Of a DNA stretch of 64,000 bases, positions 12,303-25,107 are shown one piece after another; the first letter of the stretch is position 1; each line of letters begins with the position of its first letter. Source of the DNA: Hormiphora californensis. Lineage: Eukaryota > Animalia > Ctenophora. The translations under genes were made by a program, and so were the position numbers. The DNA lies in NCBI GenBank assembly GCA_020137815.1, contig CM035351.1, positions 248,001 through 312,000 of the forward strand, given 5' to 3'. Under the pieces are notes generated by a model. It made no database searches, had not been told where the DNA came from, and worked only from the letters and a program-made list of their open reading frames with translations.

Positions 12303-14350
12303 CTCACTGACAACTGGTCACTGACAACTGGTCACTGACAACTGGTCACTGACAACTGGTCACTGACAACTGGTCACTGACAACTGGTCACTGACAACTG
12401 GTCACTGACAACTGGTCACTGACAACTGGTCACTGACAACTGGTCACTGACAACTGGTCACTGACAACTGGTCACTGACAACTGGTCACTGACAACTGGT
12501 CACTGACAACTGGTCACTGACAACTGGTCACTAAGAACTGGTCACTGACAACTGGTCACTGACAACTGGTCACTGACAACTGGTCACTGACAACTGGTCA
12601 CTGACAACTGGTCACTGACAACTGGTCACTGACAACTGGTCACTAAGAACTGGTCACTGACAACTGGTCACTGACAACTGGTCACTGACAACTGGTCACT
12701 GACAACTGGTCACTGACAACTGGTCACTGACAACTGGTCACTGACAACTGGTCACTGACAACTGGTCACTGACAACTGGTCACTGACAACTGGTCACTGA
12801 CAACTGGTCACTGACAACTGGTCACTGACAACTGGTCACTGACAACTGGTCACTGACAACTGGTCACTGACAACTGGTCACTGACAACTGGTCACTGACA
12901 ACTGGTCACTGACAACTGGTCACTGACAACTGGTCACTGACAACTGGTCACTGACAACTGGTCACTAAGAACTGGTCACTGACAACTGGTCACTGACAAC
13001 TGGTCACTGACAACTGGTCACTGACAACTGGTCACTGACAACTGGTCACTGACAACTGGTCACTGACAACTGGTCACTGACAACTGGTCACTGACAACTG
13101 GTCACTGACAACTGGTCACTGACAACTGGTCACTGACAACTGGTCACTGACAACTGGTCACTGACAACTGGTCACTGACAACTGGTCACTGACAACTGGT
13201 CACTGACAACTGGTCACTGACAACTGGTCACTGACAACTGGTCACTGACAACTGGTCACTGACAACTGGTCACTGACAACTGGTCACTAAGAACTGGTCA
13301 CTGACAACTGGTCACTGACAACTGGTCACTGACAACTGGTCACTGACAACTGGTCACTGACAACTGGTCACTGACAACTGGTCACTGACAACTGGTCACT
13401 GACAACTGGTCACTGACAACTGGTCACTGACAACTGGTCACTGACAACTGGTCACTGACAACTGGTCACTGACAACTGGTCACTGACAACTGGTCACTGA
13501 CAACTGGTCACTGACAACTGGTCACTGACAACTGGTCACTGACAACTGGTCACTGACAACTGGTCACTGACAACTGGTCACTGACAACTGGTCACTGACA
13601 ACTGGTCACTGACAACTGGTCACTGACAACTGGTCACTGACAACTGGTCACTGACAACTGGTCACTAAGAACTGGTCACTGACAACTGGTCACTGACAAC
13701 TGGTCACTGACAACTGGTCACTGACAACTGGTCACTGACAACTGGTCACTGACAACTGGTCACTGACAACTGGTCACTGACAACTGGTCACTAAGAACTG
13801 GTCACTGACAACTGGTCACTGACAACTGGTCACTGACAACTGGTCACTGACAACTGGTCACTGACAACTGGTCACTGACAACTGGTCACTGACAACTGGT
13901 CACTAAGAACTGGTCACTGACAACTGGTCACTGACAACTGGTCACTGACAACTGGTCACTGACAACTGGTCACTGACAACTGGTCACTGACAACTGGTCA
14001 CTGACAACTGGTCACTGACAACTGGTCACTGACAACTGGTCACTGACAACTGGTCACTGACAACTGGTCACTGACAACTGGTCACTGACAACTGGTCACT
14101 AAGAACTGGTCACTGACAACTGGTCACTGACAACTGGTCACTGACAACTGGTCACTGACAACTGGTCACTGACAACTGGTCACTGACAACTGGTCACTGA
14201 CAACTGGTCACTGACAACTGGTCACTGACAACTGGTCACTGACAACTGGTCACTGACAACTGGTCACTGACAACTGGTCACTGACAACTGGTCACTGACA
14301 ACTGGTCACTGACAACTGGTCACTGACAACTGGTCACTGACAACTGGTCA
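12303..14350. repeat. Second (CTGGTCACTGACAA)n array, roughly 145 units
   Basis: Same unit, similar spacing of TAAG variants, same right flank as the first array. Confidence 0.98.
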
Positions 14351-16580
14351 GGAGCAAGGGGAGTGGTCACTATGACAACTAGTCAGGAATCGTGCTGACA
14401 GATCATCTTACTACCAGCTGAGTTGATCCCTATATAAGGAATGAGAGAGATCGTGATACTGTAGCGACATTGCAGTACATATTATTAAGTCGCCTGACAC
14501 TGTGCTCCGCACAATTCATAGTACATAGGAGAGGTTGCCGAGCTGTGATATAACGCACTTAGAACACGCGTTGGTACTGACAGGAGTACTGTATAAGTTA
14601 TACCTCCCTTATAAGCTGCTGGAACGGACTACTACTACTAAGCTATACCTCCCCGCAATCACTCTCAGGTCCCCCCGTAGAGAGAGAAAGAGAGTCAAAT
14701 ATACCGCACAAGTTAGTACATGCAACCATTACAAAACTGGAATGACACATGCGGGCACGGTGTACCCTCTCTTGTGAACATGTGAGAGGACAGCGCAGGA
14801 GGGAGAGAGGGGAGTAGAGGGGATATCAAGAATGACACATGGGGGAACTAAACTCATTTTACCAAGGAATTCTTCAGAGAGTAGGCACTTAGTTGAAATG
14901 TTTTAGATTCACAATACTATGAGTGGTAAAATAGGGATCATATAATGCTAAATTTAATGGGCCTCAACCAATGGTGCTACTAAGTTGTTGGGGTGCCCAG
15001 GTGCCGTCATTTACCACACAATGCCTTGACCAAGCGTGACACCAAACAAATGGACATCTTGCCAGAGAGAGAGAGGAAATAAAGAGGGGGGGTGAACACA
15101 ATATATCAATTTGTTTGGCACAACAAGCATCATCAACAACACATTTCCTTCTTTTCTCTCTCCCTCTCTCCCTCTCCCTAGAGGAAGGGAGAGAGTGAGG
15201 ACCCTCTCTCTCCCTTCCTCGAACCCAAGGAGAAGGAAAAGCACGTGCCTAAATAGAGGTCTAAATAGAGGGGACACGGAAACGAATGAGATGAGCTGAT
15301 GAAAGGAGGTGCGAAAAGGACAACGAATGAGATGAGCGAGAGAAAAGTGCAAAAGAAGGTGAGGAAAGAGGGAAAGATAGTAGAGAGAGAAAATAAAGAG
15401 TAAGGAGAGAGAAAGGGATGTAGAGGAGCAGAAGAGAGTGGGTGGAGAGAGAAACAGGCCGATGGACAAGATAATTAGACGTATATTAGGGAAAATGTAC
15501 ATTAGTGCGGAATAAGGCCCAATAGAGCACATTCGATAGTTTTATAGCCGAATCAGGGTAAAGGAATAGCATTATCAACGGGAGTCTTTTTCTGGGACAT
15601 AATGGATTGGAATTAGGCTGAGTGAGAGGCGGGAAATAGAGGCCAGAGTATCGAAGAAATATAAGGCCATACATTACAGCACGAAATATGATAAAATTAG
15701 GTTAACGTCAAGACCACACACCCTGAAAGATAATTCCGTTCGTTAGTTGTCTTGAACTGTTCAGAAATATTTGCATATTGGCTATACACGGGACATAGGA
15801 AATTGATCAAAGTTACAGTATCCTCTTCTGAGGAGGCAAAGTTGGGAATGATAGAAAGTATTTAGGGAGAGCTTTAGAAGATGAATGGAGGGGAGGAATA
15901 AAGATAGTAGATGAGAGTGGAAGAGCAGCATCTAGTCTCAACATTCAACACATTCAGAGGATATAGTGAGTGAATTGCAATTAGAATGGGCATAGAATTT
16001 TCAATTCGAAAGGAGGATAGAAGGAGGAGAGATATTATATTGATACAATGGACGGAGAATGAGGGAAGGCAGAGAGAGGAGGGGAGAGATCTAGAAGAAA
16101 TGAAACAGTAGGAGGAAAGATAGAGAGTGATAGATAATGATAGATATCTAAGTCAAAAGCAGGAATGAGGAACATTTGTTCATGGGAACTTATGAGAGGA
16201 AATTGGCAGATCAATATCACGGTGTGTATTTTCATTGCGGAAAGGGGATAATTTACAGGCTTCTTATTTCAATATATAATTATTATCTGAAGACTGATTA
16301 GGAAAATTTAATTAGGCAGCGTAATCATCACGTGTCGATTATTAGATTGTGATGCGGATGGGATTTGATGGCCCTGTTACATTGGATTTGATGCTAGATA
16401 TTGTGAGTGTGAAATGTGAAAGGTTAGATTGGGCAAGCTGATTATGATTCAAGAGAACTAGATCACACATACACGTTGAATCATGACTATGTGTGTGTGT
16501 ATGGCAGGATGTGAAGACGCTAGAAGCCCAAACAGTAGTTTCATTAGCAGCTGTGTGGGAGAGGGAGAGAGGGAGAGAGG

Positions 16581-16653
<73 letters not shown>

Positions 16654-17339
16654 TTTAGTCTATAGTGTTGATGTATGATGTATGCAATACGCACTCAGCA
16701 CGCACTCAGCACCATTCGTCATGTGAACTGCATCTACTGAGACCACGAATTTTAAAGTAGTTATTAAGTAGTAGCTATTATTAATTAGTTATTAAGATAC
16801 TTGCAACCAGCAATCAACTGATTGTAACCTCAAATCGAAACCGCATGGCCACCACCAATAACACGAAATTAGCACTCGATTTCATGTTTCGTCAATTGGT
16901 TTGGCTCAGATTGGGTAGGCAATGTTCAAATTGGAACCAAAAACTGAGACGGAGTACGTCATAAATTTTACATAAGTCTAAAAATATTTGAGTCAAGGAC
17001 ATTATATGTACGAGTTGTTATGTAGGAATAGAAAATGAGAGAGTGGTTTGAGTGTGTGTGCACCTGCCGACCAACTCCTCCTCCTTCCCCTCCTCCTCCT
17101 CCCCCTTACTCAATTCAACCTCCTCCTCCTCTAGCTGCTGCGGGGTACTGCTCATTGTTTCTCGTCCCTTTCTTTCCATTCCCTTTCTCTCTCTCTCTGA
17201 TCTCTTTCTCTCTGATCTCCTTCTTTCCATTCCTTTCTATCCATTCCCTTTCTCTCACTCTGATCTCTTTCTCTCCATTCCCTCTCCCAGATGTTTCTTT
17301 TGTCCTTTGGCGCTATTATTTCATAAAATATATGCAATG

Positions 17340-19310
17340 TACTTACTTGTACTTGTACTTACTTAGGGCGGATTCCACGTGTGGTATTTCCGAACTCCAT
17401 GAATAACACTTCTCCACCCGTCACGATCAGACATAACAGTAGCTATCTCGGAGGTCTCCCTGAGTCCCGTGTCCCGCCTGAGTACATCCACAAAGGTCTG
17501 CTTTGGTCGCCCTCGCCTGGAATTTCCATGGAGAGGCTCCCAGAGTATGACCTTGTTGAGCGTAAGTTCAGGATGACGCACAGCGTGACCGGCTAGACGG
17601 AGTCTCCTTTCCGCTATTTTGGTGCTAAGGATAGGTAGATTTCCGATACCGTACAGCGTGGCATTGCTCATTTGAAGGAGGTACTGGTTTTTATTTAGTG
17701 CCATCCGTAGCATCCTCGTGTAGGTACCGTTAAGACTCCTTTCCATGTCTTTGGTGAGCGTCCAGCTTTCGCACCCGTACAAAAGGACTGTTTCAACCGT
17801 TGCTACAAAGAGTCTGGCCTTGATCTTGTCGTTCAGCTTTGAATTCCAAATAGTCCTAAGCCCGTGACACGCATTCCATGCCTTAGCCTTCCTAACCTTA
17901 ATGTCCCTTTTAGAGTCCCTTACCCATGATCCAAGATATTTAAAGTCCTCGCTCAACTTTATCCTAGTGCCATCGATGCTGTGGAGAGGACCGGGGTCTG
18001 GTATACCCTCAACCATGAACTCTGTCTTCGCCCGGTTTATCTCGAGACCCACCTCCTTACAGACACTCTCTACCTCCCGCATGATAACGCCAAGATCTTC
18101 CACTGAGTCAGCTAGGAGAGCCACATCATCAGCAAAGTCTGTGTCAGTAACCCTCTCCGCTCGTACTCTTCTACTCCGGGCTGGCTTCAGTGTGAATCCT
18201 ATATCAGGGTGCCTCTCCAGTGCTGTTCGCATACAATAATCAAGAACGATTATAAATAGGTAGGGCGCTAGAGTATCTCCTTGCAACACCCCGGCAACTA
18301 TTTCAAATATATCCGTGAGGCCGTCTGGAGTGAGGACCTGAGCTCTTGTATTACTGTACATCCACTGGATGAGGTCGACGATCTTCCCTGGGATGCCATA
18401 AGCCCTGAGTACTTTGATCATGCGCTTCCGGTTAATGGAGTCGAAGGCTTTAACAAAATCCAAAAAGGCTACTGCCAGTGGTAGTTGTTTGGCAGTAGCT
18501 CCTTCGATGAGTCTCCTAATGGTGAGGATGTGGCTCACCGTGGACCGCTCCTCCCTAAAACCGTTCTGTGAATCGAGTAAAACAGTCTCGATGTAAGGCC
18601 GTATCCGGTGAAGAAGCATACGGTTCATGGTTTTGGCAACTATAGAAGTAAGTGAGATGCCCCTATAGTTTCCGGGTTGAGAGAGGTCGCCCTTTTTCGG
18701 GACAGGGACAATATTACTCAGGGTCCACTGTTCCGGAATTCCCTTTCCGCTCAAGGCATCGTTGCAAAAGGTAAGCACGTGGTCATCAATGTCACATCGC
18801 TTCAAGATCTCGGGTGCGATGGCATCATTTCCATAGGCCTTATCCTCCTTTATCCGATCCTTCGCCTTCTTGAATTCCTCTTCAGTAAAGGGGCCATCGT
18901 AGATATCTGCTCGGGGAAACACTTCCGGGATGTCTTGATCTACTTCATCCGGTGGTTCTGTCCCGAGGAGCGACTGGAAGTGGCTGAACCATTTGGCTTT
19001 CCGATCGTCTGGGGACGCTCCTTCAATTTGGATGGGGTGTTTGTCCTTCCTCCCAGAGATTTCGTTTACTAGCCTCCATGATTCCTTCGTCTTCGCGTTC
19101 CGAGTGGCTCTCTCTACACTCTTGATTTTCCTATCGAGATGCTCTTCCTCGACGGCCAGGTACGCTTCCGTGAGTGCCTCTTTTCCTTCATTTACAGTGG
19201 AACGTGTTTCTTCTGAAGGTGAGGTGTGGTACCTAGCACTGGCAGACTCAAGATCCTCTCTTGCCCTCTTCACCCGGAAGTCCTCAGCCACCCGGAAGTC
19301 CTCAGCCACA
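17340..19310 (-). mobile_element. 5'-truncated RTE-clade LINE with uninterrupted RT domain
   Basis: ORF 17363-19426 has PVPKKGDLS..NYRGISL, QNGFR, FLDFVKAFDSI, GVLQGDTLAPYLF, FADD, FKYLGS, LLYGCESWTL, RRLRLAGH; tail of AAGT/AAGTAC repeats at 17340-17365; no APE domain. Confidence 0.92.
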
Positions 19311-19599
19311 ATATCCTTTAATATGCAATGGCGAGAACGATACTGTCGATTAACAAGAACTACTACTTCCCAAAATCTCAAAGCCCATTTAACTGAAAGT
19401 TTCTTTTCTTGCCTTTTCAATGACATGGCAAGAAATCAAAATTAGAAAGAAAATAGGAAAGGGATCGGAAATACAGGAACGGTAGTTGCAAGAAAGAGAA
19501 AGAGAGATCAGGTGTTCCTAGCGACATTTCTCCAGGTGCATGGGTCAGCACACAGTACTCGACAATCATATTGTACCGAGACTTGATGAGAATGGCCCC

Positions 19600-20195
19600 A
19601 TAAAGTAGAGATCTAGTTCCCATGGAAACACTAGTAGAGATCTAGTTCCCATAAGGAACCATAATAAAGTTCAAGAGCGCACCCCATCCAAGAGCGTACC
19701 ACTTCCAAAAGACACCACTCCAAGAGCTCACCACATCAAAGAGAGCTCCCCGTCCAGAAGATACCGCGCGCAGGGGACACCACGCGCAAAAGAGACCGCA
19801 CGCGCAAATACAACGCCGCGCTGGTCTCTTCTGCGCGTGGTGTCCCCTGCGCGTGGTATCTTCTTGATGGGGAGCTCTCTTTGATGTGGTGCGCTCTTGA
19901 AGTGGTGTCTTCTGGAGGTGGTGCGCTCTTGGATGTGGTCTCTTTTGGGTGTGGTGCGCTCTCAGGTGTGGTCTCTCTTCGATAGGGTGCGCTCTCAGGT
20001 GTGGTCTCTCTTTGATTGGGTACGCTCTTGGGTGCTCTTGGAGGCTCTTGAACTTTATTATGGTTCCTTATGGAAACACTAGTAGAGATCTAGTTGCCAT
20101 GGAAACACTAGTAGAGATCTAGTTGCCATGGAAACACTAGTAGAGATCTAGTTCCCATGGAAACACTAGTAGAGATCTAGTTGCCATGGAAACAT
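19600..20195. repeat. ~30-bp tandem repeat (GAAACACTAGTAGAGATCTAGTTGCCATG) split by a MITE
   Basis: Units lie on both sides of 19653-20069. Confidence 0.85.
19653..20069. mobile_element. Palindromic MITE with AT TSD
   Basis: AAGGAACCATAATAAAGTTCAAGAG and its reverse complement; the uninterrupted repeat unit CCCATGG becomes CCCAT[element]ATGG. Confidence 0.8.
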
Positions 20196-20951
20196 TGAGA
20201 GCGACAGAGCGTGCTGTTTGTAGTAGGACGGTACTAGCAGTACACGGTAAAAAACATGCTGTTATGATATACCTATTGGGTGGCGGCCCTGATTTGATGG
20301 GAGGTCCAATCATATTAAGTAGGGGAAGTGTTTGTACTGATGGAAGTGTTTGTAGTACTCCTGATGATGATGATAGTAAACATCTAGCATACAGCTGCTG
20401 TGTGTTGGTCCTTGGAAGACGCCATGGCCCCCCTCATAAATCATAATACAAAATCATCTATATTACTAGTAAGCTAGGAAGTATAACAGGGGGTAGGCCA
20501 AAGGCAGAAGCCTGATACATAAAACATCAACCGGTACACCTTTCCAAGTTTGACTTGCAACCTGCTTCTAACACAATAACACATGTGACATGGCTGAGTG
20601 AATTGTCAGGACCATCTAACAGACTTTATCATATAATACTGAAGTCGGCACCTCAAACATTCGTCTCTACCAGATTCAGGATTCGCGTGGGAACAAAGAC
20701 GGTCGCGACGTGCCCAAGATTCTGGACGAGACTGATTATTCTAAGAATTCATGAAGACCCGACTGGGATTAGTTTGGAGCTCTGTGGCCGGCATAGATAA
20801 ATAATGAACGGGTTACGACTTACGGGCCTTGAGTGATTGGAAATTGGACCATTTTTTTTTAATTTTTTTTAAAAGGGGGGAGGGTGGCGGCCAACATCGG
20901 CCTGAATATAAATACGTGTAGACACTTGACAATGATAAAAACTGTAATAAA

Positions 20952-21135
20952 TTAAATATAAAATGAGTCTATTGCCCCACTTGATATAGCTGCTCGTCCC
21001 TGTTGCCCTCGCCCCTCGCCCCTCAATCTACCCCGATGCCCCCTGATGGAAACAGTTATTGATCGCACCATGGCGAATGATAGTCTGAGTCGAAGATAAC
21101 GGATGCATTGGTCGTAGGTGTATCCCGTTTGGCAA
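20952..21135 (-). pseudogene. C-terminal fragment of a CRE-type RLE nuclease
   Basis: YDQCIRYLRLRLSFAMVRSITVSIRGHR resembles the C-termini of the RLE ORFs at 45226 and 46155. Confidence 0.65.
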
Positions 21136-21813
21136 ACGTTGCTGGCAGCGCGGGATAAGGCAGCGCTTTTCAAGTATCCCGTTTTCTTGCAAAAAAACGT
21201 CTGAAAATCCGTCGTGTTTTTGGTTTTACATTTTGAAACGCGCGCATGATCACGGCGCGTCATAAATCCGCAGACTATTTTACTTGATTCTGCGCCCGTC
21301 AGATAATAATAGTTAGGGGCGGGAAGGAGATTTTTGGCCTCGAATGGGAAATTGAACGCAACCAGCCGATTTCTTCACCAATGTGTCCCTAAGGGTCCCC
21401 TATAACAACTAATAAACCGATCTTAGGCCGATCCAGGTTGAAAAGTGATTCATTATCATACTTTAAAAAAATCAGTTAAAATTAAAACACTCATCTCATT
21501 ATCTTCAAACAGAATTAAATACCAATACAGAAATTTGTAGCAGACTTTTCAAACGTTAAATTTAATTAACATTTAAGATTCTAATAATAAGATTATTATT
21601 ATAACAATAACAGATCATAATCATTCTAATTCATAGTTATTAAGAAAGTTCCATTTGTGAAGCCTAAACAGTCAGTAAACTAGAAAATATTTGCATGATA
21701 TTTCAGTGAGTAAAACTGGCCTCAAAAACCATGGTTGAAAATAAGAATTTGTCAAACAGAGCGTCTTCAGAAAAAACAATCTCACACACTCACACGTCCA
21801 CTAAATCGTCCAT

Positions 21814-22652
21814 CTACTTGCCCTTCACCTCGATGGCAAGAGACCGTATCCAGGAAGATTTGCCCTCCAAGCACTCAATAAGGTGGCCCATGGGCGTGGG
21901 GACAACACGGAGAGTTTCCACTGCACTGTTCACCTTGTTCTTCATATTCCGTGCCCGCAGGGAGGCATGCACAAACGTGACTGAAAATAGAACATCATCA
22001 ACAATAATAATCTGATTATTATAATACTTATATTAATCACCAGCTGCAGCATATTAGTGGGCCAGAAAAATAAGGAGCTCCCCCCCCCCCCCCAAAAAGG
22101 AACAGGCAGGCAGAAACACAAGTATCTAGTTACTTACAAATAATGGGAATAACAAAAGAACAGAGGGTGTAGAGGATAGCAGGTCCATGGCCCATGAGCC
22201 CAGCTCCAATGCCAATGGCCAGGGCAGGGGCAGGTCCGTATTGGGTTCTATCTCGGAAGGAGATGGCGCCAAGTAGTAGACTTAGAATGAACATTCCGGT
22301 TAGGTACTTGTGGAGATTCATCGCACTGGGGATGGGATTGTTGGGAGTTGTTTAGGAGATGTTAGGGAGTTGTTGAGTAAGAGATGGGACGGGAGTGTGG
22401 ACACAACACTATCAAGAGAGTGGGAATCTAATATCAGGTTCTTGCTCTTCTACATATAATTTACAATTACCTGTAGCAGACGGTAATAAAAGCGAAGATT
22501 ATGAAATAGTTGGTCTGGTAATAGAGGAGGTTTTGTTTCACTCTGTTATACCATCGAGAGCTGTCTCCCACAGCAGGACTAGTGAAATTAGCATCGGAGA
22601 TGAAGTCAGCGACAGTCCGAAATGGCGCTATCTCAACACGGGGTCCTTCCAT
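21814..22652 (-). CDS. PRA1-family protein (PRAF2/PRAF3-ARL6IP5-like); 3 exons 22652-22471, 22325-22138, 21980-21814
   Basis: RWYNRVKQNLLYYQTNY, hydrophobic middle, HASLRARNMKNK..TPMG; GT-AG introns with consistent phases. Confidence 0.88.
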
Positions 22653-22959
22653 GGCTATTATAATACAGGGGGATAGGGGTTAATAAAATGGATATCAGGG
22701 GGCAATATAGGGGAAATAGGGGGTCAATAAAATGCGGAAATGAGGTCATATTATGGGGAGAGAGTCAAACAATTTGAATATATGAAGTTCATAATAGAAA
22801 CGGCCTAACAAAACACTATTTACACACTCTATAATACATTTGATTTACATATACTGCATACAAAAACACATGTTTGGTATAAAATGAGATATAAATATGG
22901 TGGAGATATGAATATATTCTGCAAAGTAGGAGGAGAATGGAGACTCCAATTATCGTGAC

Positions 22960-23225
22960 TCTCCCATCCACCGATAGATTAGCGGGACTCTCCCACTCCC
23001 ATCCATGACCCACTGGTAGATTGGCGGGACTCTCCCATCCAAAACACACTGGTAGATTGGCGGGACTCTCCCATCCAAAACACACTGGTAGATTAGCGGG
23101 ACTCTCCCATCCAAAACACACTGGCAGATTAACGGGACTCCCCCACTCCCATCCATTACCCACTGGTAGATTAGCGGGACTCCCCCACTCTGAGGACGCT
23201 GATTACATCCATTACCCACTGGTAG
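22960..23225. repeat. ~36-42 bp tandem repeat overlapping the end of the EFCAB5-like gene
   Basis: CACTGGTAGATTAGCGGGACTCTCCCATCCAAAACA variants. Confidence 0.8.
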
Positions 23226-25026
23226 AGGAGGTAGGTTGGCATACTGCCACCCTTCTTGACATCCTTGGCAGTGAGGCCCTTTAGTCGGTCGTTAACCTTG
23301 TGGATATCAATATTCTGATCTTTTGAGAGAGGATCGAACCTGGATAACTTCCTCAGTAGCTCACCATTGATGAACTGAAAACATGGGTGGTTAGATCTTC
23401 TAATAACTTGAATCAGATGGGGGCCGGGGTGAGGGGTGGTTAGATATTCTAATAACTTGAATCAGTTATTAAATATATGGGTGGTTAGATTGTCTAATTT
23501 GTAGGTTAGAACATGGATTCAACTCAGGCCCAGTGGCACTAATTAATCAGAAGTTTTACATTAACTTGTTGAGTACTGGCCACTAGGGGGGGGGGGGTAC
23601 TAAATAGTTACCGTTTTGATTTTAGTCCACTAGGGGGGGGGGGTACTAGATAGTTACCGTTTTGATTTTAGTCCACTAGGGGGGGGGGGGTACTAAATAG
23701 TTACCGTTTTGATTTTAGTCCACTAGGGGGGGGGGTACTAAATAATTACCGTTTTGATTTTAGTCCACTAGGGGGGGGGGGTACTAAATAGTTACCGTTT
23801 TGATTTTAGTCCACTAGGGGGGGGGGGGTACTAAATAATTACCGTTTTGATTTTAGTCCACTAGGGGGGGGGGGGTACTAAATAGTTACCGTTTTGATTT
23901 TAGTCCACTAGGGGGGGGGGGTACTAAATAATTACCGTTTTGATTTTAGTCCACTAGGGGGGGGGGGGGGGTACTAAATAATTACCGTTTTGATTTTAGT
24001 CCACTAGGGGGGGGGGGGGTACTAAATAATTACCGTTTTGATTTTGGTCCACTAGGGGGGGGGGGGTACTAAATAATTACCGTTTTGATTTTAGTCCACT
24101 AGGGGGGGGGGGTACTAGATAATTACCGTTTTGATTTGGTCCACTAGGGGGGGGGGTACTAAATAATTACCGTTTTGATTTGGTCCACTAGGGGGGGGGG
24201 TACTAAATAATTACCGTTTTGATTTTAGTCCACTAGGGGGGGGGGTACTAAATAATTACCGTTTTGATTTTAGTCCACTAGGGGGGGGGGGTACTAAATA
24301 GTTACCGTTTTGATTTTAGTCCACTAGGGGGGGGGGTACTAAATAATTACCGTTTTGATTTTAGTCCACTAGGGGGGGGGGGGGGGTACTAAATAATTAC
24401 CGTTTTGATTTTAGTCCACTAGGGGGGGGGGGGGTACTAAATAATTACCGTTTTGATTTAGTACACGGGGGGGGGGTACTAAATAATTACCGTTTTGATT
24501 TTAGTCCACTAGGGGGGGGGTACTAAATAGTTACCGTTTTGATTTTAGTCCACTAGGGGGGGGGGGTACTAAATAATTACCGTTTTGATTTTAGTCCACT
24601 AGGGGGCTAGGGGGGGGGGGGTACTAAATAATTACCGTTTGTTTAGTCCCCTAGGGGGGGGGGGGGGATACTAATAATTACCGTTTGATTTTAGTCCATA
24701 GGGGGGGGGGTACTAAGATAATTACCGTTTTGATTTAGTCCACTCGGGGGGGGGGTACTACAAGATACCCTTAATTTTAGTCCACTAGGACACAGGGTAG
24801 GGGGGGGTACTAAATAATTACCGTTTTATTTCAGACAGGGGGGGGTTTTTAAATAAGAGGGACTGTTGAGTTTAGTCCATAGGGGGGGGGTACAAATAAT
24901 ACGTTTGATTAGTAGCACTAGGGGGGGGACTGAAGTTACCGTTGGATTTTTGTCCACTAGGGGGGGTTATATTACTTTTTGCAGGGTGGGGGGGTCTAAA
25001 TAATTACCGTTTGATTTTAGTCCATA

Positions 25027-25107
<81 letters not shown>

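Noticed and set aside
7890-14350. CRISPR-like or telomere-like array
   Set aside because: Contiguous identical units with no unique spacers and no cas genes; interstitial location in a eukaryotic context.
17363-19426. Retron/DGR/group II intron RT, or a domesticated 687-aa gene
   Set aside because: Motifs and tail are those of an RTE LINE; the first ~40 aa are read-through from flanking DNA beyond the truncation point.
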